Of a stretch of DNA of 64,000 nt, positions 1 to 7,782 are shown in pieces. A program made the translations under genes and the position numbers. The notes beneath the pieces are model-generated. The model did no database searches and had not been told where the DNA came from. It saw only the letters and a list, made by a program, of their open reading frames with translations. Positions within the stretch are counted from its first letter, which is position 1. Each line of letters opens with the position of its first letter. The stretch is from Anaerolineales bacterium (lineage in GTDB: Bacteria > Chloroflexota > Anaerolineae > Anaerolineales > RBG-16-64-43): NCBI GenBank assembly GCA_050010135.1, contig JBEKLP010000003.1, forward strand, positions 6,536 through 70,535. The letters are read 5' to 3'.

Positions 1-705
1 GTGGTGTCCTTCATCCTGCCGCTTGCTGTGGCCTGCTTGCTCTGTCCGCCACTGCGCCGCTTGTTCCCCGAGCTCGGGTGGTTCACCGGAAAAAACAGGG
101 GCGCGCGATTCGCGCAGGTCTACCTGGTCCTCTCCTTCGCAACGGTGATGGGAATGAACTCCGGGGGACCGGTCAACTTGGCACTCAACCTGGCCGCGGC
201 GATCATTCTTTTATTGGTGTTGTTGCGATTGGCGCAACCTGCCCTGGCGGCAATGGGTGGGCGATCCATCGTGGTCTTCGGCCGTTGGGGATTTGGCGCA
301 CTGTGCGTTTATCTCACAATGCTCTACGGCGTCTCATATTTCGCCATCCGGCCCGAGGGGCTGCCTTCGATCGCCGTGCAATTGTTTACCTTCGTCTTTT
401 ACGCGCTCGCCATCGCCGGTCTATGGTTACACCGCAGACGGAAACCGCTCGGCGTTGACGGGGTCTCGGTGGAGAAACGGGAACTACGGTTGGTTCTCTG
501 GTTATTCGCCGGATTGGTCGCCCTGGGTTTTGCGATTTCGATCTTTGGGTTGAATCCCGTGCTCGAACTCTTTATCGTTTTGAATTTCGTGGTTTGGACG
601 CCATCTGGCTTCGTGTTCGCAGCCCTGGCGCTCGTAATGGGAGTCCGGGAATACCTGAGTGGGCGGGCGAACCGAGTGGAAGCGGACCCCAGTACCGCCG
701 AATGA
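1..705 (+). CDS. polytopic integral membrane protein, unknown function (possibly 5'-truncated by window edge)
   Basis: ORF is open from base 1. Translation is a series of hydrophobic helices (AAAIILLLVLLRLA, LFTFVFYALAIAGLWL, LVLWLFAGLVALGFAISIFGL) with short charged loops. No family motif recognised. Confidence 0.45.
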   Translation: MVSFILPLAVACLLCPPLRRLFPELGWFTGKNRGARFAQVYLVLSFATVMGMNSGGPVNLALNLAAAIILLLVLLRLAQPALAAMGGRSIVVFGRWGFGALCVYLTMLYGVSYFAIRPEGLPSIAVQLFTFVFYALAIAGLWLHRRRKPLGVDGVSVEKRELRLVLWLFAGLVALGFAISIFGLNPVLELFIVLNFVVWTPSGFVFAALALVMGVREYLSGRANRVEADPSTAE

Positions 706-815
706 TTATCAATCTAACTTGAAACACGGCTTTCCCCATCCGCCCAGTTTGCTTCGCTGGCCTGCACTCGGACATGAAAATATTCAGTCTGTTGGTCTTG
801 CCGGTTGCCAATCGA

Positions 816-2240
816 TTACGAAAGGGGAATGGGAATACGTTTTGAAAAATGCTCATGAAGGGACGGAATCGCCTTGCAAAGAGCCAAGGCGGCCAACAAA
901 CAAAGGATGGGTTCGATGGGGATCCGGAATCGGGCGTTACTAGCAAGCCCAGGGATATACATTAGTAGAATGCACGGAACCACCAGCAGGGCCAGCGCCA
1001 AACATTTCCTATACCGGAGAAGTTGCAGAAAGCCGATGGCTGAAAGCAGGTAAAGCAATCCATAGAACACCGATAGGACGACCGTTACAAGGAGTATCTC
1101 CGGCTGGCCAATGTTCGAAATTGCTGGGGATAACTCCCCATTCGTCACAGAGTCCGGATTTATCTTTCCCGGTTCGAGATACATAATAAAATAGGAAGCC
1201 CCCGGCCGGAGACCATTCAGACTGTTGAGCCCGTTGAACCAAATTGCACGGAGCGGATCCGCAAGCAGCATGCGCATCGCCGCAGAAAACATCGCGTCGG
1301 ATTGCTCGACTTCGGTCACGGGGTGTAGTCCTGTTTCAGCCAAATATTGCTGATAATACTTAGTCGCCACTTCTCCGGCTTCCTTAAGGGTTAAGTCATC
1401 CCGCCAAGTGATATATCCGGCGGCGTTGTAATACAATAGGTTCGCGCCTTGTACTGTTGCCAATATCGGTCTTCCAAAAATACAATTATTGCGGTAGAGC
1501 CATGGGGCGATAACCGCCGCAACCATAACGCTAAACAGCGCGCATTTTGCCATGGCACGACGCCACCCGACACCTAGGCACAAAGCGGGGATCAGGGATG
1601 GCCAAAGGAAAATCCCGATGGGACGGATCAGAATAGCCGCTCCCAAAAGTGCTCCACCAAAAGCCGAATACACCAAGCGAGTTTCAGTTAATACAAGCAG
1701 CAGAACCAAGAAAAATGCAGTAAAGAGAATTTCGGAAAGAAGGAGTCCGGCGAAGACGGCCGGCAACGGAGCGACCATCCAAAGCACACATCCAATAACC
1801 CCGATGCGTAGGGAACCCAACACCTTTTCTCCCAATCGGACGATAACCAGGCCGGTGACCGCATGCAAAAGGGATTGCGCAAATACAACCGCTAGGTTTG
1901 AGGAACCGGTGAAGAAGAAGATCAGCGCCAAGAAAAGCGGATATCCGGGAGTTCGAAACACGTCGGGCGAAAAGGGCGCGACGGAGGATTGAGAGAAGAC
2001 CCCGTGCCCCAACAGGTTAATCGCGAGTTGATAATAACCGGGTGCGTCCCCTGGCGGGATAACGCGCGCGGGATTGGCCAGCGCCAAGAAAAGCACCGGC
2101 AGGCGCAGGAGGAATCCCACAAGGAACAAAACCAGATACCTGCGCCAGGCGGCACCTTCTAAATACGAAATACCGGAACGGAAAATTCTCTGCATGGATG
2201 GGTGGATATGCTGCCGAGCCGATTGGGGGGTGAGAGACAA
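816..2240 (-). CDS. GT-C fold membrane glycosyltransferase (ArnT/PMT-like, GT39/GT83-type)
   Basis: TTG start at 2240 preceded by AAAGGAG. Many TM helices. The N-terminal periplasmic-loop pattern PGDAPGYYQLAINLL...PDVFRTPGYPLFLALIFF is typical of dolichyl/undecaprenyl-phosphate-sugar transferases. Confidence 0.7.
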   Translation of the reverse strand: MSLTPQSARQHIHPSMQRIFRSGISYLEGAAWRRYLVLFLVGFLLRLPVLFLALANPARVIPPGDAPGYYQLAINLLGHGVFSQSSVAPFSPDVFRTPGYPLFLALIFFFTGSSNLAVVFAQSLLHAVTGLVIVRLGEKVLGSLRIGVIGCVLWMVAPLPAVFAGLLLSEILFTAFFLVLLLVLTETRLVYSAFGGALLGAAILIRPIGIFLWPSLIPALCLGVGWRRAMAKCALFSVMVAAVIAPWLYRNNCIFGRPILATVQGANLLYYNAAGYITWRDDLTLKEAGEVATKYYQQYLAETGLHPVTEVEQSDAMFSAAMRMLLADPLRAIWFNGLNSLNGLRPGASYFIMYLEPGKINPDSVTNGELSPAISNIGQPEILLVTVVLSVFYGLLYLLSAIGFLQLLRYRKCLALALLVVPCILLMYIPGLASNARFRIPIEPILCLLAALALCKAIPSLHEHFSKRIPIPLS

Positions 2241-2871
2241 AAAGTCTCCTTTAACGATTCAATTCCCCTCGCGTTAATTTTCCTAAGGGAAAATGAATAA
2301 AATTTCCGAAAAGCCCGTCAACGCGTATCCGCTCTGATCTTATGGCAATCGCAATGTTTTGTCCATTGTATCCGAATGGAATACTTCGAGCAACTATCTG
2401 ATCGCACAGACCGACTCATGATCCGGGCGCATCATTTGTCCGAATCGTTGGAATTGAACAAGATCGGACATCGTATCTATTAACCCATTACCAATTGAGC
2501 GTGCTCTGGAGCCTATTTGACATTTTTTCCATCTTTATTTGCTTTGAGTTTCTTTCCGTCGGGAAAGGTCGGCATCCATTCCGCCCTTGCGTTGATAATT
2601 CTCCTGCCGAAAAAGTCCATTTGGATCATTCCCCCGTTGACATAGTGACGGGGAATGGTTTGGATGCGCGGGGCCAACGCACAGGGTTTGATGTAGTGTA
2701 TTCCCGCCTAGCGATGGTTTGAGATAACTTCCTGACGATAATCCCCGGTCCGGTGGAGAGAGTTGGTGCTTTTTTAGCCGGGTCGCGAAGCCTGGGGGCC
2801 AGCCCGGAAAACCGGCCGAGAGCCAGTTGATTGATCGCAACCCTCCCCGATAATCTTGATACAATCTCCCC

Positions 2872-4110
2872 ATGCCGCCCATCCGCCTCATCCACTTCGC
2901 CGACCTGCACGTAGGCATGGAAAACTACGGCCGGCTGGACCCCGCCACCGGAACCTCCTCCCGTACGCGGGATTTTCTCGACCGGCTCGACGAAGTGGTC
3001 GATTACGCGCTCGACCACAAAGCCGACCTGGTGATTTTCGCCGGCGACGCATTCAAGACGCGCGACCCGGAACCCACCCAGCAGCGCGAATTCGCACGCC
3101 GAATTAAAAAACTTGCCGATAAAATCCCAACCCTGCTCCTGGTGGGAAACCACGATCTTCCCGGGACGGTCTCCAAGGCCACCAGCCTGGATATCTACCA
3201 TGTGCTGGATATCCCCAACGTGATCGTGGGATACAAACCCGATTCGCAGGTAGTGCAAACGGAGCACGGCCCGGTATACCTCGCCTGGATGCCGTATCCT
3301 TCTCGCAACCGGTTGCTCCTCGACGAGGAGTACAAGGGCAAATCGCTGCCCGAGCTGGAGCAGATCCTGCGCGATAAAGTCACCCAATATATCCGGGAAC
3401 TTTCGGAGCAGGCTGCGAAACAGGATGCGCCGCGGATATTCGCCGGACACTTCACGGTCTCCGGCGCGGCCTTCGGTTCCGAGCGCACGGTCATGCTCGG
3501 AAGCGACGTGGCCGTGATGAAAAGCGCGGTGGCCGAGACGGCGTGGGATTACGTCGCGCTCGGGCACATTCACAAGCATCAGAATCTCACCGCGGGGGAA
3601 ACCGGACTGCCGCCGGTGGTATACGCCGGGTCGCTGGAGCGAATCGATTTTGGCGAGGAAAACGAACCGAAGGGTTTTTGTTTCGCGGAAATTTCGCGGG
3701 GCAAAACCGAGTGGGAGTTCGTCCCCGATCGCGCGCGCCCGTTTCACACCATCCGGGTGGACGTAAAGACCGAGGATCAACCCACCCAGGCGGTGCTCGA
3801 CGCGATCGCGTTGCGCAGAGCGGAGATCCGCGACGCCGTCGTCCGAATCGTCATTTCCATGACCGGCGAACAGAGCGCCTTGCTCGACGAACGCGCCGTG
3901 CAAAAGGCGGCCGAGAGCGCGTCTCACCTGGACGTTCAACTCGAAGTACGCCAGGAAGTCCGTACGCGTCTCGGCACCGATAGCGCCGAATCGCTCACCC
4001 CGCTGGAATTGCTGGAAAGATATTTCCGCGCAAAGGCCGTCGAAGAAAACCGCATCGCGGAATTGCTGCGGGTGGCGGAGGAGATCATCAAAGAAGACGA
4101 TGGACAATAG
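2872..4110 (+). CDS. sbcD: exonuclease SbcD (Mre11-family metallophosphoesterase)
   Basis: Calcineurin-like phosphoesterase motifs: IHFADLHVG, VIFAGDAFK, LLVGNHD, ALGHIH. Followed by the sbcC partner gene. Confidence 0.9.
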   Translation: MPPIRLIHFADLHVGMENYGRLDPATGTSSRTRDFLDRLDEVVDYALDHKADLVIFAGDAFKTRDPEPTQQREFARRIKKLADKIPTLLLVGNHDLPGTVSKATSLDIYHVLDIPNVIVGYKPDSQVVQTEHGPVYLAWMPYPSRNRLLLDEEYKGKSLPELEQILRDKVTQYIRELSEQAAKQDAPRIFAGHFTVSGAAFGSERTVMLGSDVAVMKSAVAETAWDYVALGHIHKHQNLTAGETGLPPVVYAGSLERIDFGEENEPKGFCFAEISRGKTEWEFVPDRARPFHTIRVDVKTEDQPTQAVLDAIALRRAEIRDAVVRIVISMTGEQSALLDERAVQKAAESASHLDVQLEVRQEVRTRLGTDSAESLTPLELLERYFRAKAVEENRIAELLRVAEEIIKEDDGQ

Positions 4111-4264
4111 ACCATCGACCATCGCCGATGGTTCGTTGTTGATGGTTTTCATGATCTGCACTCAATTGTCCGTGGTTCACGATTGAAATGGGATATGTAG
4201 GGCGTATGCTAACGGGAGCGATCAAATTCAAACCATCGACAATCGTCCATGGTCGATGGTCTAT
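4107..4264. repeat. perfect 16-bp inverted repeat (ATAGACCATCGACCAT at 4107-4122; reverse complement at 4249-4264) bracketing the sbcD-sbcC spacer
   Basis: Read directly from the sequence. Inner palindromes share the ACCATCG core: ACCATCGCCGATGGT at 4118-4132, and ACCATCGAC (4232-4240) paired with GTCGATGGT (4252-4260). Confidence 0.85.
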
Positions 4265-4302
4265 GGTCTCCGCCTTGGAAGAAGGAACAATCCGAAACAG
4301 CG

Positions 4303-6399
4303 ATGATTCCGGTTAAGCTGGAACTCCATAACTTTTTAGCCTACCGCGATCCGGATCCACTCAGCTTCGAGGGAATTCATGTCGCCTGCATTTCCGGCGA
4401 GAACGGCGCGGGAAAATCCTCGCTGCTGGACGCGATCACCTGGGCCTTGTGGGGCAAGGCGCGCTCCGCCTCGGCCGACGATCTGATCTATCAGAACCTT
4501 CGCGAGACGCGGGTGGCCTTGGAATTCGAGATGGGCGATGCGCGCTACCTGGTGATCCGGCAGCGCAGCATCGAGAAGAAAACCGCGCTTTCGCTCCTGG
4601 AACTCCAGGTGTGGGATCCGGCGGGCGGGGAGTGGCGCGGCCTATCCGAGCCGACCATGCGCGCAACGCAGGAGCGCATCGACGGACTGCTGCATTTGGA
4701 TTACGACACGTTCGTCAATTCCGCGTTCCTGGCGCAGGGGCGGGCCGACGAATTCACCGCCAAACCGCCGTTCCAGCGCACGCAAATTCTCGCCGCCATC
4801 CTCGGGCTGGACCGCTGGGCGCTCTTTGAGGACCGCGCCAAGGAAAAAATACGCCAGAGCCGCGAGAAGATTCAACGCGTCGAAGAACGGCTCACCGAGA
4901 TGGAGCGGGAGCTCGCCCGCCGGAGCGAGTATGAGGAGCAGTTGCGGCAGGCCGAACGGGATGCGGCTTCCAGCGCCGGGAGCCTTGCCGAACTTGAAGC
5001 TTCCTGGACGGCGATCGAACAGCGGCGCGCGGCTCGAGCCGAACTCGAGCGCCAGGCGGAGGAAGCCGCCCGTCGCGAACAGGCGGCCGAACGAGAATTA
5101 AAAGAAGCGCGCGCCGAGCTGGACGCCCTCGGCAAGAGCGCCGACAATGCGGCAGCGGAAAAGGAAGCGGCCGATCTGCGCGCCCGGCGGGCGGCGCTCG
5201 CCGCGCGGCAGCCGGAGCTGGAGCGGAATCTCTCGCAGATCCGCGAGATGACCGGTATGGCAGGCCAGCTGCGCGGTGAAAACGACGCACTTGCCCCGCA
5301 GACAGAACCGATCAAGAAACGGCTGGAAACGCTGGAAACCTCCACCGCTCCGGAGTGTCCGACCTGCGGCCAGCCGCTCATGCCGGAACACCGCAAACGG
5401 GTAATGGAGGAATTGGCGCGCGAAATCGAATCGCGCCGCGAAAAATTTAAAACCAACACCGCGCGCCTCAAGGACCTCGCCGCAGAAATCGATGCACTGC
5501 AAAAGGACGCCTCTGCTTTGCAAGCCGCAATGCAATCGCTTCCCGCCCTCGAACGGAAACTGGCCGAAGCGGATGCCGCGCTCGTTGCTGCGAGCGACGC
5601 GCGGGAGAAAATCCCCGCCGCGCAGTCCCGGGTAAGCCGGTGGCAAAAGACGCTTGGCGATGAGAACGCCGCGCGGCAAAAGATCCGGGATCAAATGGGC
5701 GAGGCCAGCGCCGGATTGGCGGACGCCGAAAAATTGCGCGTCCGGCTGGATCGGGCGCGGCTCGAGAAACGCCTTGCCGACGAACGGGTGGGCGGCGCGC
5801 GCCAGACTCTGGCGGCCCTCGAGGAAATCGCTCGCCAACGCGGGGAGCGCCGCACGGAACTGGAAGCTGCGCGGCGCGGCTTGTCGGTTTTCGAGGAGCT
5901 GCGCGAGGCGTTCGGCAAGCGCGGGATTCCGACCATGGTCATCGAAACGGCCGTCCCCGAGGTTGAACGGGAAGCCAACCGCCTGTTGGGGGAGATGAGC
6001 GGGGGTAGGATGCGGTTGCGCATGGAAACCCAACGCGAGACCAAAACCGGCGACGCGCGCGACACGCTCGAGATAAAAATTTCCGACGAGCTCGGGACCC
6101 GCGCCTACGAGATGTATTCCGGCGGCGAAGCCTTCCGGATCAACTTCGCCATCCGAATCGCGCTTTCCAAGCTGCTCGCCCGCCGGGCGGGATCCCGACT
6201 GCGGGCGCTCTTCATCGACGAGGGATTCGGCACCCAGGACGCCGCCGGGCGCGAGCGGCTGATTTCCGCCATCCAATCCGTGCAAAACGACTTCGACCGG
6301 ATCCTGGTTATCACGCATCTCGACGAACTGCGCGACGCCTTCCCCGCCCGCATCGAAGTAACCAAGACCGCCAGTGGCTCGCAAGTCCGCGTGGTCTGA
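4303..6399 (+). CDS. sbcC: SbcC/Rad50-family ATPase (compact, about 698 aa) with zinc hook
   Basis: Walker A GENGAGKSS, ABC signature YSGGEAF, Walker B LFIDEGFG. Long E/R/A-rich coiled coil with a central CPTC hook (5356-5367). The ATG at 4303 with upstream GGAAGAAGGA is preferred over the track start at 4249. Confidence 0.9.
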   Translation: MIPVKLELHNFLAYRDPDPLSFEGIHVACISGENGAGKSSLLDAITWALWGKARSASADDLIYQNLRETRVALEFEMGDARYLVIRQRSIEKKTALSLLELQVWDPAGGEWRGLSEPTMRATQERIDGLLHLDYDTFVNSAFLAQGRADEFTAKPPFQRTQILAAILGLDRWALFEDRAKEKIRQSREKIQRVEERLTEMERELARRSEYEEQLRQAERDAASSAGSLAELEASWTAIEQRRAARAELERQAEEAARREQAAERELKEARAELDALGKSADNAAAEKEAADLRARRAALAARQPELERNLSQIREMTGMAGQLRGENDALAPQTEPIKKRLETLETSTAPECPTCGQPLMPEHRKRVMEELAREIESRREKFKTNTARLKDLAAEIDALQKDASALQAAMQSLPALERKLAEADAALVAASDAREKIPAAQSRVSRWQKTLGDENAARQKIRDQMGEASAGLADAEKLRVRLDRARLEKRLADERVGGARQTLAALEEIARQRGERRTELEAARRGLSVFEELREAFGKRGIPTMVIETAVPEVEREANRLLGEMSGGRMRLRMETQRETKTGDARDTLEIKISDELGTRAYEMYSGGEAFRINFAIRIALSKLLARRAGSRLRALFIDEGFGTQDAAGRERLISAIQSVQNDFDRILVITHLDELRDAFPARIEVTKTASGSQVRVV

Positions 6400-7475
6400 T
6401 GCCTGCCCCCGCAAACAAATTACCCCTCGGAGCGATTCTTATTCGCTGGTCCCGACGCCGGAACCGGCATCTTCCCTGGCGAGCCGCACGCGATCCGTAC
6501 CGTATCTGGGTCAGCGAGATCATGCTGCAACAAACGCGCGTGGAGGCGGTCATCCCCTATTACCGGTCTTTTTTAAAAAGATTCCCCAACCTGAAGGATC
6601 TGGCACGGGCTGATGTGCAAAGCGTTTTGAAGATCTGGGAAGGACTTGGCTATTACGCGCGCGCCCGGAATCTGCACCGGGCCGCAAAGCAAGTCGTCGC
6701 CGGTGCGGATGGTCGGCTTCCGGAAAACGCGTCGGAGTGGGAACAGCTTCCCGGCGTTGGAAGATACGCCGCGGCGGCGATCGCCTCGCTTGCGAACGGC
6801 GAGCGTGCGATTGCGCTCGACGCGAACGCGCGCAGGATCCTCGCGCGGATTTACGCCTACCGGCGCGAAGTCCGGGATGCGCGCGCCGAACGCGATCTGA
6901 TGGAACGTTTTCAAAGCGCACGAGGCAGGAGTGCGCCGGGAAATTTCTTCCAAGCGATGATGGACCTTGGGCAGCTTGTTTGTATACCGCGGAGGCCGTT
7001 GTGCGCCGAGTGCGCCGTGACTTCTCGATGCGAATCCAAAAAGTTAGGGATCCAGAACCGGCTGCCGGTGAGGGCGAAAGCGGCGCGCATTCCGCATTAC
7101 GACGTCTCGGCCGCATTAATTTTGCGATTTGGCAAGGCGCTGCTGGCGCGCCGCCCCGAAGGGAAGATCCTTGGAGGGATGTGGGAATTTCCGGGCGGTA
7201 AACGCGAACAGGGTGAAAGCCTGCCGGCTTGCCTGCGGCGTGAGCTGCGCGAGGAATTGGGTGTGGACGCGCGCGTCCGGGAAAAGTTCACCACGGTGCA
7301 GCACGCGTTCACTCACTTTCGGATAACCTTGCATGTGTTTTTCTGCGATCGGATGCGCGGCAGGCCGCGGCCGATCGGCGTCGCGGAGGTGCGCTGGGTT
7401 GGTATTTCCCGGCTCCGTTCGTATCCGATGGGCAAGGCCGACCGGATTGTTGCCGGCCAGATCGCCGATCGGTAA
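6399..7475 (+). CDS. mutY: A/G-specific adenine DNA glycosylase MutY
   Basis: HhH-GPD region PYRIWVSEIMLQQTRV...GLGYYARARNLH. 4Fe-4S loop C-x6-C-x2-C-x5-C (CIPRRPLCAECAVTSRC). C-terminal NUDIX-like domain. The start overlaps the sbcC stop (TGATG). Confidence 0.9.
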   Translation: MPAPANKLPLGAILIRWSRRRNRHLPWRAARDPYRIWVSEIMLQQTRVEAVIPYYRSFLKRFPNLKDLARADVQSVLKIWEGLGYYARARNLHRAAKQVVAGADGRLPENASEWEQLPGVGRYAAAAIASLANGERAIALDANARRILARIYAYRREVRDARAERDLMERFQSARGRSAPGNFFQAMMDLGQLVCIPRRPLCAECAVTSRCESKKLGIQNRLPVRAKAARIPHYDVSAALILRFGKALLARRPEGKILGGMWEFPGGKREQGESLPACLRRELREELGVDARVREKFTTVQHAFTHFRITLHVFFCDRMRGRPRPIGVAEVRWVGISRLRSYPMGKADRIVAGQIADR

Positions 7476-7782
7476 ATTGATTTTCGGCAATAATTTTCCG
7501 GCTATGCTGGAGCCGGGATCTCACCGTGATCCTGTCTGGCATCCACAATCATCCTCCGACATCCAACCTGTATGGGGACAAAAAAAGTGCAAATAACCGT
7601 GCTTTGTGGAGGTTATGTGGTGATTTTTTGGAGGTTTTTCCGGGAGACAAACCGTATAATCAATAAGCACCGGTCGCACAGGACACTGGAGCCATTATTG
7701 GGCACAGGATCCACCCGGCTGCGTTCATGGTTCCCGATTATTCCCGACGGCGGGTTGATCCGCCACAAAAGGAGAAGCTGCG

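Noticed and set aside
2626-4161. 511-aa ORF antisense to sbcD. Similar long antisense or shadow ORFs occur at 5098-6414, 7849-9303, 10279-11304, 28088-29692, 43472-44902, 47090-48352 and 61382-62572.
   Set aside because: Each lies opposite, or out of frame with, a gene carrying unmistakable family motifs. Their translations are R/G/P/A-rich low-complexity sequence typical of shadow ORFs in high-GC DNA. None has an RBS or recognisable motifs.
2872-6399. SbcD/SbcC-like pair as a candidate SMC-nuclease anti-phage system (Lamassu/Wadjet-like).
   Set aside because: Both proteins carry canonical Mre11/Rad50 motifs including the zinc hook. They are linked to mutY, and no additional system-specific subunits are present. 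A housekeeping SbcCD is the simplest reading.
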